Positions 23,501 to 36,552 of a DNA stretch of 64,000 bases are shown piece after piece (the stretch's first letter is position 1; every line of letters begins with the position of its first letter). Position numbers and translations under genes: made by a program. Source of the stretch: Hormiphora californensis (Eukaryota; Animalia; Ctenophora); NCBI GenBank assembly GCA_020137815.1, contig CM035362.1:4154001-4218000 (forward strand), in the 5' to 3' direction. A model generated the notes under the pieces. That model was not told where the DNA came from and did no database searches. It saw nothing but the letters and a program-made list of their open reading frames with translations.

Positions 23501-25483
23501 TATATTTATGAATTATTCAAATTCGAAAATATGCAGAAATCAGAAAAAAATAGCCTTTTCTATTTTACACCAAAAAGAACAGAAATTAAGTCCAAAAACC
23601 AATTAAATAAATTAGTTTGGATGCCCGGGCCCATGTGGTGTCACGGGGGTAACACCTTTAGGCTACTGTCATAAATTATGGATATCGGGAGAGATAAAGG
23701 CAAAGGAAATTAGGATAGAAAGATTGCGATATTATCAAGAAAGACGAAGAGATAAATAAGAGGAGAAAAAAAAAGAAGAGAGATATAGTGAAAGAAACAG
23801 TGAGAGAGAAAGAGAGAGAGAAATAGTTTGTGAGAGAGAGTGAGAGAGAGACTGAGAGAGATAGATAGAGATAGACAGATTGAAGGATAACAATATGCCG
23901 TTAATTATGGCAGTAGCCTAAGGGTGTTACCCCCGTGACACCACATGGGCCCGGGCATCCAAACTAATTTATTTAATTGGTTTTTGGACTTAATTATCTA
24001 ATTAACCATATGAGATAGAGACTTAATTTCCGCACCTACATCCACTAATGCGAAGATGCTACACATTTTAGTGTCCTTAGATTTGTCTCTACTCCTTTCC
24101 TAAGCCCCGTTTTGGTTTTCACTAGAAAGCTAAAAACATAGGTAAAAGGGCGTGGCCCAAAAACCCAACTTCTTCATTGAAAAAACCGCGGCCAATTTTT
24201 TGGTGTTTCTAGGGACCTATTAGAGCCTACTAGAAGTGGAATCAGCTTGATAACAATTATGCCCTCATTTTGTCATCATATGCCCTGACTATTTGGAGAC
24301 ACTTAGCACACTGATTTGAGAGAGAGGGCACCCTACAGGAGTCAAATGTTAATTATTCTGGTCAATTAGACCCAATTACGCTCAATTAGAGCACTTTTTC
24401 CACAAATAAGAGCTTTTAAAAGATACTCATGCCCTGTTCATGTGAATCAGGGTATCAAAATCAGTGGGTAAGTGTCTCCAAATGAACTTTAGAGATTACA
24501 GGGAAAAGTGGTAATTATTTTGGTCAATTGGACCCAATTAGAGCACTTTCTCGATCTCTGAGAGCTTAAAAAAGATGCTCATGTGAATCAGGGTATACAA
24601 GTCAGTGAGTATAGTGCCCTCATACGACTTCATAGCGTTTTCAGGGGAGACGTTGTAATTTCGATCAATTAGACCCTATTATAACCAATTAGATCACTTT
24701 ATCGACCTCTGAGATCTTTAAAAAGTTGCTCATGTGATTCAGCCTATTGAAATTAGTCGGATAGAGTGATTTTTGCTTTGATATCAATTAGTTGCAAATG
24801 TTTACAGTTTGATCAGCACTGCCCTTGGTCCACAGTCCTGTGAAGCAGAAGGGTGGAAGGCCCCCCCCCCTTTTATGTGTAACTGTGCACACACAAGTGA
24901 GATTGTAATGTAAAATAGTGGGAGGGAGAGAGATTCATATGTTTACTTGTAAAAGTCGTTTTGCAGTCTCAAATAATCACATAAAATCCAATTTTCAACA
25001 CCTCAGATCATGTGATCAGATCACGTGATACTTGGTGAGACCGCAAAATGACCCGGTCGAAAAATCAACCGGCTTTTTTTACTTATGTGGCAATAGGCTC
25101 CCAGACGGTTGGGCCTGGAACCCCAAGCGACCCGGGAATCGGTAGAATGGACGATTTTGGATGACTCATGAGACGATTTTTTTCGAGTTTCTATCTCAAT
25201 TTTTAGTGATAGGCGGATAAAGAGCCGTACCCCACCAAATATGAAATACACTATGAAATGAAGTTCCCAGCGGTTTAGATCACTGCAAAGCTTGTGATCA
25301 ACCGTTTTCCACCGGGTTTTCACTAAGCAGTAGGTGAAAGCCTTGTGAATCCCACAGTACAAAAAAATTGGCGAAACTCCATCATTTGCACGCTCAGTGT
25401 GCTTATTTGTACAACCCACCCAAATTTGCTAGTCTTTTGTGCGGACCAAACAATGAATTTTGCGGTCTCAGAGACAGCCCCTG
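20547..25483. mobile_element. 4.9-kb foldback DNA element with ~1.5-kb inverted arms and 5-bp TSD (hAT5-like)
   Basis: Termini CAGGGGCTGTCTCTGAGACC / GGTCTCAGAGACAGCCCCTG. GTTAT duplicated at 20542-20546 and 25484-25488. Arms ~20547-22160 and ~23990-25483. Internal palindromes at ~22160-22480 and ~23586-23994. Confidence 0.85.
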
Positions 25484-26145
25484 GTTATGTCAACGACCGG
25501 TGGACTTGGTCAAGAGTTCAGCAGAACTCTGAAGCAACTCGCAACCAAGAAATCGCGGAAAACTGGCTATACCTACCAGGAGTGTATTCGATACCTCCGT
25601 GTTCGTCTATCATTTTCAATGGTCCGCTCCATAACTTGTTCTATTCGGGGTTACAGAGGAACGAACAAGAATGATGGCTCTTCATCAGATCTGTACCATA
25701 CATACTAGTCTTTAACTGTTGCATGTATTTTATGTGATTTTCTTCGTGTAGCCGGTCAGGCAAAAACAATTGATATATACTATTATTGACATTGTTAGGC
25801 CAGATGCATGTGGCTTCTTTTATTATAATTTTATTGATTTTGTAAACAAAATTTTTGCCGTTCTTTAAATTTTCAGATTTTGATTTCGGTCGAAGTGTTT
25901 TGTTGTCGAGTGGATGAAAAAAAAAACAGAGAAATTAGTTAAAAGGTGGAAAATATCGTGATTTTTGCTGAGAATACCAAAAAGGAACAATTTACAGGGT
26001 GTCGCAGAAAAGCAAACCTCCTTGGAGGCTGGAGCCAACCAACCAGAAAATCAAGTGAATTTTCACCCAATCTTGAATTAATTGTTGCCATGACTGTATT
26101 ACATAAGCCATCATTCCCAGTGTCAGCTACTTCCCAAATTTAGAG

Positions 26146-27074
26146 ATGGCAGAACAGCTCGCCCAACAGTTTACACAATTTTACTACAACTCCTTTGACG
26201 CTGACCGTGCCAGCGTCATTAATATCTATGTAAGTTTCAAACTATTATAAACATATTTAATAAATAAATAAATACCTTTCTCAACCCTCTCTCGCCCCGT
26301 GACAAATTATGTAGTGTTAGAACAATCAACATGTTGATAATATATTAATTGATGTGTTTAATTACATCCAGCTCGACTCTTTCAGCACCCACAAGCGGCG
26401 ATGACCTTTGAAGGACAAAAGTTCGAGGGTCAACCAGCCATCCAAGCCAAGCTTACTGGTAAATATTATATATAATCATACATTCAAGATTATCATATTA
26501 TATACTCCCGATATAATATATGACTATGATCATTCTAAAACTAAGAATATATTCAGAAACATCATATTGTTACATAAATAATGAAGGGAATTATCCATTT
26601 TAGGTCTGCCGTTCAAGACGGTGAAACATGTTGTGACAACAGTTGATGTGCAGCCCATACCTGGACAGGAAGCGTATATTATCTTAGTTCTGGGACAACT
26701 CAAGGTAAGAAGTGAGAGATAGAAGGAATGGGGAGAGATACAGAAGGAATGGGGAGAGAAGGAATGGGTGAGGGGTGTGGAGGAATGGGGAGAGTAGACC
26801 TAGAGATGGGGAGAGCAGAAATATCGATAGGGGAAAGGAGAAAAAGACATAGAAATAGAAATAGAGAGTGGTTGCATGCCCGGGATTATAAGCTTGGTAA
26901 AGACAAGGAGGGATATTCCGTACCCTCACCTTACCTCACTGATCGTTCTCTCTCTCTTTACAGACGGACGATGATCCCCCGCATGGTTTTAGCGAGGTTT
27001 TCACGATCTTCAATGTTAACGGCCAACACGTTGTTGTTAACGATGTCTTCCGATTAGCTCTACACAACGGTTAA
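26146..27074 (+). CDS. NUTF2: Nuclear transport factor 2
   Basis: Exons 26146-26229, 26386-26458, 26604-26704, 26964-27074 give 122 aa: MAEQLAQQFTQFYYNSFD..MTFEGQKFEG..LPFKTVKHVVTTVDVQP..VLGQLKTDDDPPHGFSEVF..NDVFRLALHNG. Confidence 0.93.
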
Positions 27075-27487
27075 CATGTGTTAACATCATGTTAATGACG
27101 TGTGTTAACATTGAATGTTAACCCTGGACCTGGAGAACAATTTGTTTTTTTACAGAGTGGTAATCGCCCTGTCAAAGTACACCCTAATGTTTCCAATCTA
27201 TCTCTTTTTATACCCCCATTATAACTTATCCCCGCCCCGAAAGAAAGAGAAACTGATCTTTTTTGATATAAATTAAATGTTAGAGAACCCTGGTAGAAAG
27301 CGTTTGATTAACTTATATTATATCTGTTTTTTTCTCAAAAAGCACTCCAGAGTGCTTTATTTTTGAAATAAACTACAAACTTTTACAATTGACGTGTCAT
27401 CTATGAGTTTTATTTAGACTGGGTTAGGGTTCACCAACATTTATATTAATCCCCCTCAAATGGTCTAGCAGTTGTAATAGTAGTGAG

Positions 27488-30400
27488 ATGGGTAAGAAAC
27501 AGCACCAGAAGGACAAACTTTATATCACTGCTACGGAGTGGAGGGAGCAGGTAATTAGCAAATTGTTGCAATTATTTTGGATTATTATGCCATGTGATTA
27601 TATCTGCAATTAACTAAGGGAAGTTAGGGACCATGACAGTCCACACGTGTACTATAGTTATCATAACCGAGAAATTCATATCAATTAGCACAGCCCAACA
27701 CTGTTGGGCCAACAGATTAAAAACTGATTCCCCTTACTTTCACCTACCTATAATCGTATCCCCCTTGTTTTTTAATCGTTTTCTCTCTCTAGTACGGCGG
27801 CAAGAGAGTCTCACACGAGAGGAATTTCAAACGACTCCCCTTTCATTGTTGTGCCCTGACCTTCCAAACGGTTGAACACCCTTACTGTACCAAGGAGGGT
27901 CACATCTTTGATCTTACTGCCATTGTACCATTCATAAGAAAGGTAATTAACTGAATAATAATTAGTTAATTAACAATAGTATAGTTTAACTTTCGTTCAT
28001 TACGAATGTGTGATTAAATTCCACAATTTCATCATTTTGGTAAAACCCGAACCCCTTTCCTCTCCTAATATAATGGTATAAACCCCTTTCCTAATATGGT
28101 ATAAACCCCTTTCCTAATATGGTATCAACATTCAACCCCTTTCCTAATATGGTATCAACTCCTCCCCTAATATGGTATCAACCCCTCCCCTAATATGGTA
28201 TCAACTCCTCAGTATGGTATCAACCCCTGTACTGGAAACAAGATGGATAGCAAGGATTTGTTCAAAGTGACCTTCCATAAGGACGCTGCTGGGAAGTTCC
28301 ACTGTCCAGTCATGTACAAGACTTTCACCGACTCATCAACTATTGTCGCTATCAAGGTATTAGACTAATTTACACGACTGTTTTATATAACTGTACCGAC
28401 CCTAGTGAACAGGAAAAGTGTCCTAATTACAATTTACATGGTAGCAACGGTTGCTAAGCAACCCCTCTCCTTATATGGTAGCAACCCCTCTCCCAACATG
28501 TTCTCTTCTCAGAAAACAGGAAACGTGTTCTCTATGGAGGCCATTGAGGAGTTGAACCTGAAAACAAAAAACATGATTGATCTGATCTCTAGTGAACCCT
28601 TTACTCGAGATGATATCATTACCATTCAGGTTTGTTTGTTTTTGAGTGTTTTTGAGTGTTTTTGAGTGTTTCTGAGTGTTTTTGAGTGTTGCGTCTGGAG
28701 GATGACCTGCCCGAAAGGCTGTACTGAATTGTAATCGCCGCTTTTATTCTGTAAATATTCAAAAATGTATGCTTCTGACGCTGAAATCCTCACCGGCCTA
28801 TCCCACAAGATAGAGATATCGGATCTCTCCAAGTTTTACCACTTTGACCCAACTTATCTCTAAGAAACTTTCCCACTTTGACCCAACTTATCTCTAAGAA
28901 ACTTTCCCACTTTGACCCAACTTATCTCTAATTGAAACTTTCCCACTTTGACCCAACTTATCTCTAATTGAAACTTTCCCACTTTGACCCAACTTATCTC
29001 TAAGAAACTTTCCCACTTTGACCCAACTTATCTCTAAGAAACTTTCCCACTTTGACCCAACTTATCTCTAAGAAACTTTCCCACTTTGACCCAACTTATC
29101 TCTAAGAAACTTTCCCACTTTGACCCAACTTATCTCTAAGAAACTCTCCCACTTTGACCCAACTTATCTCTAAGAAACTTTCCCACTTTGACCCAACTTA
29201 TCTCTAATTGAAACTTTCCCACTTCGACCAACTTATCTCTAAGAAACTTTCCCACTTTGACCCAACTTATCTCTAAGAAACTTTCCCACTTTGACCCAAC
29301 TTATCTCTAAGAAAGTTTACCACTCTGACCCAACTTATCTCTAAGAAACTTTCCCACTTTGACCCAACTTATCTCTAATTGAAACTTTCCCACTTTGACC
29401 CAACTTATCTCTAATTGAAACTTTCCCACTTTGGCCCAACTTATCTCTAAGAAACTTTCCCACTTTCACCCAACTCATCTCTAATTGAAACTTTCCCACT
29501 TTGACCCAACTTATCTCTAATTGAAACTTTCCCACTTTGGCCCAACTTATCTCTAAGAAACCTGAAACTTTCCCACTTTCACCCAACTCATCTCTAAGAA
29601 ACTTTTCCACTTTGACCCAACTTATCTCTAAGAAACTTTTCCACTTTGACCCAACTTATCTTTAAGAAACTTTCCCACTTTGACCCAACTTATCTCTAAG
29701 AAACTTTCCCACTTTGACCCAACTAATATCTAAGAAACTTTCCCACTTTGACCCAACTTATCTCTAAGAAACTTTCTCACTTTGACTCAACTTATCTCTA
29801 AGAAATTTTCCCACTTTGACCCAACTTATCTCTAAGAAAATTTCCCACTTTGACCCAACTTATCTCTAATTGAAACTTTCCCACTTTGACCCAACTTATC
29901 TCTAAGAAACTTTTCCGGGGGGGTTCCCATGGTATAATTTGGTATACTTTGGCACTTTCCACAACTTTTTCAGCGATTTTCCATATACCAAAGTATACCA
30001 AAGTATACCAAAGTATACCAAGGTATACCAAAGTATACCATAAAAATTTTGAAAAAGGTAAAATTTAAGCGATAAGATAAAATAATTGACTAAATTTGTA
30101 AAACTACATCCTTATTTCGTTATAAATTGGTAATACAAAGCATATTAAACTGATTTTTACGTATGTTACATCATCCGGCTAGTGCTCAATGCTGGCCACT
30201 CAGTGGCCAGGGTTCGATTCCCGGTGAAGGCAATTTTTGAAAATTTTTTAGAGACTTTACCAAATACTATTTGAACATTTTCTTGACTTTTTAAAAAGTG
30301 TTGTATCATACTCAAATGGGTCCCAATGTGTCAAACCCCAGTTTTGTGACTCATCATTTTATAGGAAAAATATTTTTCCTCGATTCTATGAATTTAGTCT

Positions 30401-33400
30401 ATTTAGCCTCAATTTTATGAGTTGAGAAAGTTTATACAAAATGTTTTAAAGTCTAAATTATTGTAAATTAACACTTTAAAGTACGTAAAGCTATTAAAAA
30501 GATATGGTATACTTTGGTATACTTTGGTACTTTCCACATATTTTTTTGGGATTTTCCATATACCAAAGTATACCAAAGTATACCAAAGTATACCATGGGA
30601 TCCCCCCCACTTTTCCACTTTGACCCAACTTATCTCTAAGAAACTTTCCCACTTTGACCCAACTTATCTCTAAGAAACTTTCCCACTTTGACCCAACTTA
30701 TCTCTAAGAAACTTTCCCACTTTCACCCAACTTATCTCTAAGAAACTTTCCCACTTTGACCCAACTTATCTCTAATTGAAACTTTCCCACTTTGACCCAA
30801 CTTATCTCTAAGAAACTTTCCCACTTTGACCCAACTTATCTCTAAGAAACTTTCCCACTTTGACCAAACTTATCTCTAAGAAACTTTCCCACTTTGACCC
30901 AACTTATCTCTAAGAAACTTTCCCACTTTGACCCAACTTATCTCTAAGAAACGTTCCCACTTTGACCCAACTTATCTCTAATTGAAACTTTCCCACTTTG
31001 ACCCAACTTATCTCTAATTGAAACGTTCCCACTTTGACCCAACTTATCTCTAAGAAACTCTCCCACTTTGACCCAACTTATCTCTAAGAAACTTTCCCAC
31101 TTTGACCCAACTTATCTCTAATTGAAATTTTCCCACTTTGACCCAACTTATCTCTAAGAAACTTTCCTACTTTGACCCAACTTATCTCTAAGAAACTTTC
31201 CCACTTTGACCCAACTTATCTCTAATTGAAACTTTCCCACTTTGACCCAACTTATCTCTAAGAAACTTTCCTACTTTGACCCAACTTATCTCTAAGAAAC
31301 TTTCCCACTTTGACCCAACTAATATCTAAGAAACTTTCCCACTTTGACCCAACTTATCTCTAAGAAACTTTCTCACTTTGACCCAACTTATCTCTAAGAA
31401 ATTTTCCCACTTTGACCCAACTTATCTCTAAGAAAATTTCCCACTTTGACCCAACTTATCTCTAATTGAAACTTTCCCACTTTGACCCAACTTATCTCTA
31501 AGAAACTTTCCCACTTTGACCCAACTTATCTCTAAGAAACTTTTCCACTTTGACCCAACTTATCTCTAAGAAACTTTCCCACTTTGACCCAACTTATCTC
31601 TAAGAAACTTTCCCACTTTGACCCAACTTATCTCTAAGAAACTTTCCCACTTTGACCCAACTTATCTCTAATTGAAACTTTCCCACTTTGACCCAACTTA
31701 TCTCTAAGAAACTTTCCCACTTTGACCCAACTTATCTCTAAGAAACTTTCCCACTTTGACCCAACTTATCTCTAAGAAACTTTCCCACTTTGACCCAACT
31801 TATCTCTAAGAAACTTTCCCACTTTGACCCAACTTATCTCTAATTGAAACTTTCCCACTTTGACCCAACTTATCTCTAAGAAACTTTCCCACTTTGACCC
31901 AACTTATCTCTAATTGAAACTTTCCCACTTCGACCAACTTATCTCTAAGAAACTTTCCCACTTTGACCCAACTTATCTCTAATTGAAACTTTCCCACTTC
32001 GACCAAATTATCTCTAAGAAACTTTCCCACTTTCACCCAACTTGTCTCTAATTGAAACTTTCCCACTTTGACCCAACTTATCTCTAAGAAACTTTCCCAC
32101 TTTTACTACATCTCTCCCTCAGGACCCCCACAAAATAGAGAAATCTGATCTTTCCAAGTTTTACCACATCTCTCCCTCAGGATCCCCACAAAATAGAGAA
32201 ATCTGATCTCTCCAAGTTTTACCACATCAAACAGAAGATGAGGATGGTCGACGAAGAAGATGAATCAGCACAGAAATCCTCAACTTACACCCTGAAAAGT
32301 ACCCCCGCCGAGGTTTGTTAGTTTCTTAACCCTTCTTTAAATTGGCACGGAAGATGTTTAAACATGTCTGTTAACAGTCTGTAGTAAGTGGACCTGCTCA
32401 TCTGTAATTTGCATTTTAAGTTTGTATATTTTGCAATTACAGACTGGGACTAAGCCCCGTCTAACTCTCCCCCTCTCTTATAGGCACTACCTACCTTGGC
32501 ACATATAAAGCCCCGTCTAACTCTCTCCCTCTATTCTAGGCAGTACCTACCTTGGCACATATAAAGCCCCGTCTAACTCTCTCCCTCTCCTCTAGGCAGT
32601 AGCTACCTTGGCACATATAAAGCCCCGTCTAACTCTCTCCCTTCTAGGCAGTAGCCACCTTGGCACATGAAGCCCCGTCTATTATATCTCTTCCTCTCTT
32701 CTAGGCAGTGGCTACCTTGGCTGAGCTAAATGACACCTACAAAGCCCCTTCAAAAAAGGCGGCGGAGGCTGAGGATGATACTGAAATGCCTACATTCTTT
32801 CATAACACTACCGTCGGTAAGTGTGTTTGTTTGTTTGTTTGTTTGTTTGTTTGTTTGTTTGTTTGTTTGTTTGTTTGTTTGTTTGTTAACAATCTCCCTC
32901 CCTCCAGGTGACGTATCTAGAGGTTTGACCAGTACTGTCGCACCCAGAGCTACTGAGAGCAAACTTGTAAAGAAAACAAACGATGAGGTAATAACTCAGT
33001 AATTAATTAAATGTGTAATTATTGGGTAACTAGTTTATAATTTGATGATTGAGAAATATATATTGATAAATAAATTCACGTTTAGGTTTTGTACGAGGAA
33101 ACTAAGAAAAAGAGCTACGTTAGATTGGTGACCTCAGTCGGGGAAATCAACTTGGAGTTATACAGCGATATGGTTGGTTACGAAGTTACCCCTTGCCACG
33201 ATTGTACGATTCATAGTACATAGTAATTTAATTAGTGTAGTTTAGTTACATACATATTAATTTGTAATTAGAGATGATTAGTAATAGTTCCCCACAGATT
33301 CCCAAGACGTGTCACAATTTCTTGTTGCTTTGTAAAAAGGGCTATTACAACAACACCATCTTTCACCGGAGTATTAGGAACTTTATGGTCCAGGGCGGCG

Positions 33401-34814
33401 ATCCAACAGGTGAGAATAATAATAATAATAATAATAATAATATAAGTTGAAAACAGGGCCAGCAAACTGAATTTTGACTGACACTGCTCAGCGTCAGAGC
33501 GGTATACCTAAATTATAACACCTTCCTTACTTTTTTTTTTTTTTTGGATCATCCCAAAAAAAAAAAAAGTAAGGAAGGTGTTATAATTTAGGTATACCGC
33601 TCTGACGCTGAGCAGTGTCAGTCAAAATTCAGTTTACTTATGACACACACTATTAAAATCTGGATTAATCAAATCTTCAAACTTGATGTACCGATGTACC
33701 ATATAACTCTAACTCTCACTCTAGTAAATAAGAGTATGATCAACACCCTGTTAATTCCTTCGGGATCCGGACAATTTCAACTCGTAACACCCTGTTAATC
33801 CCCCCCCCCCCAGGATCCGGACAATTTCAACTCATAACACTTTGTTACTTCCCCCTCAGGATCGGGAAAAGGAGGGGAATCAGCTTGGGGTGGTACATTC
33901 CCGGACCACTTCAAACCCAATCTAACCCACTCTGGACGAGGTGTTCTGAGCATGGCCAATAGAGGAACTAATACTAACACATGCCAATTCTTTATTACGT
34001 ACAGAAGTTGCAATCATCTTGACGGGAAACACACTGTTTTTGGAAGGGTCGTCGGGGGAATGAAGGTGAGAACCATTTCGACATTAATCATTAATTTCCC
34101 GTCAGGTATTCCATGAAACATGAGTTGCGTCCAAAATACAGTTGTATTATTTCTTTGTTAACCATTAATTAATTGTTTCCTTCCCCAGACGTTAGATGCG
34201 ATGGAAGCCACCCCGGTCGATGGCAAAGACAGGCCGACTAGGGAGATAAAGTTAGAATCAGCACATGTGTTTGTGGATGCTTTTGCTGATACAAAAGATG
34301 AGCTGGTTAATAGGGAGAGGGAGAAAAGGGCTGAGGTAGAGAAACAGGAAAAGAAAAAGGTAAGGGAGATATAATTAAAGATATGTGACGTGTGTAACTG
34401 TACTATGTCGATAGTTGGGTGATTGGATAAATGTTTATTAGTCTCATTAAGATAGAGTTTTTGGTGTTCTCTCTGGGCTGTACTAATGAAATAATCCGCC
34501 TGTTTCAATTCGTAGAGCCCAGAATCCAGAGAGAATGATAAACCTAACAAAAACTCTGCCAATGTATGTTATCGGTTTCAGCCGTATACTTTGTGCACCC
34601 AGCGATTATCTACATCTCATTCTTCCCCCAGGAGTTAGAAGGAGTGACATTAGAGACAACGCCAAGCGGAAGTGCATCAACCAGTAGCAGCGGAGTTGGT
34701 CGTTACATCAAGAAACAGAAACTAAAACACATCGAACAACTTGAAGACTCGACACGAAGAACAAAAGTTCTCAAATCATCAGTAACGGGACTCCGTGATT
34801 TTAGTTCGTGGTGA
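27488..34814 (+). CDS. PPIL2: RING/U-box E3 ligase-cyclophilin PPIL2 (Cyp60)
   Basis: 12 phase-consistent exons (27488-27550, 27793-27942, 28213-28356, 28513-28629, 32181-32312, 32705-32816, 32908-32987, 33086-33172, 33298-33409, 33860-34065, 34189-34359, 34632-34814), 518 aa. [14 protein letters not shown] start, KRLPFHCC U-box region, [31 protein letters not shown] cyclophilin domain, DFSSW end. Confidence 0.95.
28843..32100. repeat. Intronic 34/36-bp satellite (TTTGACCCAACTTATCTCTAA[TT]GAAACTTTCCCAC)n
   Basis: Roughly 70-75 units in PPIL2 intron 4, interrupted by a MITE at 29917-30608. Confidence 0.95.
29917..30608. mobile_element. MITE with G-run termini and 8-bp TSD, inserted in the satellite
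   Basis: GGGGGGGTTCCCATGGTATA / TATACCATGGGATCCCCCCC. TSD ACTTTTCC. Subterminal (TATACCAAAG)n repeats. Confidence 0.8.
33464..33635. repeat. Near-perfect ~170-bp palindrome in PPIL2 intron 9
   Basis: AAACTGAATTTTGACTGACAC...poly-T GGATCATCCC poly-A...GTGTCAGTCAAAATTCAGTTT. Confidence 0.9.
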
Positions 34815-36015
34815 GATTGAGAGAACTCTTATCTTCTCTGTTACAGTGGACTACTTTATGTTACAGTGTGTGTGTGTGTGGGAGTTTTGTGACACTGTCC
34901 CACGCGGCAGGCGCGAGCCAACAAGACTAGCAAGCACTGACCAGGAGAGTAGGGAAGATGGCGCGGGGTGCGCGCATTTCCAGAGGATTCGGCGCGTTTG
35001 GGACAACTTTTTACCGCCGAGCGGGAGAATCTTGATCAGGGCGGGAGGTGGAGGTGGATGAGCTACCGTCTGTCAGAGCTACTGCATTGGCCTGACCGCT
35101 ATTCTCATTTCTTTATCTTACAAATATGCGGTTAGAGCATTGGCCTAACAGAAGAGCTGTCTACTTTGGTTCAATTGTAATTTGTGAAAAGGGATGAAAT
35201 GTTCAGAGTGACAAATGAGTTGATTATTTTATGCCAATGAACTTTTTCGTTTGAAATCGACTTGTTTTTATTTTGATTTCTCTGGTCTCATATCCACGAC
35301 GTATCCCAACCCATCTAGGTGCCTAGTTTTTACCCCTCCACAATCCCACCTTCCAACCCATCTAACATCACGCCTTGTTTAGTACCAGAATGAAAGCCAT
35401 GGCCCAAATACTTCCTAAGAAGTGTGACTTTTTGGAAAGTGACATTATATCGAACAGCAAGTATGTAAATTTAAAACAACTAAGTGTTTTACAAAAAGTG
35501 TATTCACACTATACAGCAAATTGTCCTCGATTTATACAGGAATCTATGTAGGTATGACAAACATTCTCGCCTTTTTAGGTTTCCCCCGGAGCACGGATAA
35601 CTCTAAATACTATGATGTCGGCATCTTCTCACGATATTTCTCTAGATCCTCTTACCAGGTATACATGCTAAATGATTCATTGCTATGTTCGGGGGGGGGG
35701 GGGGGGGGGGGGGGGGGTTGCCGGGTGCGGTGAGAGAGATCAGGGTCGAGAGAAGCCACCCACTAATAGAACGGGAAATGGAAAGAAAGATTGAGAAACA
35801 AGAGAGAAGAGGGGAGCGAGAGAGAGGGCTAGGGGTCTAAATCTGAAAGATTGAGTTATGTATGGAGTCTGCATGGCAGTATTTGTCACATTTCATTTTC
35901 ACTTCCGACATTTGCAGGACAATGGCTGCAGTTAACTGTTTGTCTAGTAGCTCCTCGGATTATAATTATAGAGGTCTAATATCCCTTATTATTCTCTCCA
36001 TTTGTCTCTAAATCA

Positions 36016-36220
<205 letters not shown>

Positions 36221-36552
36221 CCTGCATGTATTCTCAAGCATAAGCTGCATTCAACGAGGGAATAATATCACTTGATGTACTGAGTTGTTGAGAAAAAGTG
36301 AGAGACAGAAAAGGTTTTTGTCTCAGAGAGAGAAGGATGAATTGAATGATGAGTCGCGACGTATCATAGTCATCCATTCGAATGAGTAGTTATGATACCC
36401 CATAACCATCCATGTCGTAATACTAATGCCTTATGGTATAAACAGCTATAATATAAAATGTTATGTTTTTAGTAGTTTTTTCTTCTGAAAATTGTATCTA
36501 AATTTTATACTCTATAAAAATCTCAAGGTGACCCTTGCTTCGAGTCCAATAA

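Larger units (their letters stand above)
20272..25708 (+). mobile_element. Short 3' fragment of a CRE-clade element, split by a MITE and a 4.9-kb foldback
   Basis: After removing both insertions it reads KASFTPL(x3 slippage)VMSTTGGLGQEF..CIRYLRVRLSFSMVRSITCSIRGYR, homologous to the C-terminus of ORF 4805..5833. Confidence 0.8.

Noticed and set aside
20611-25419. Mirror-image 132-aa ORFs (also the 160-aa pair 50841..51334)
   Set aside because: By-products of inverted repeat arms; no transposase motifs.
28843-32100. 34-36-bp repeat array as a CRISPR
   Set aside because: Head-to-tail units with no unique spacers, inside a eukaryotic intron.
35390-35660. Exon-like segments downstream of PPIL2
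   Set aside because: Joining them gives an early stop; no recognisable product.
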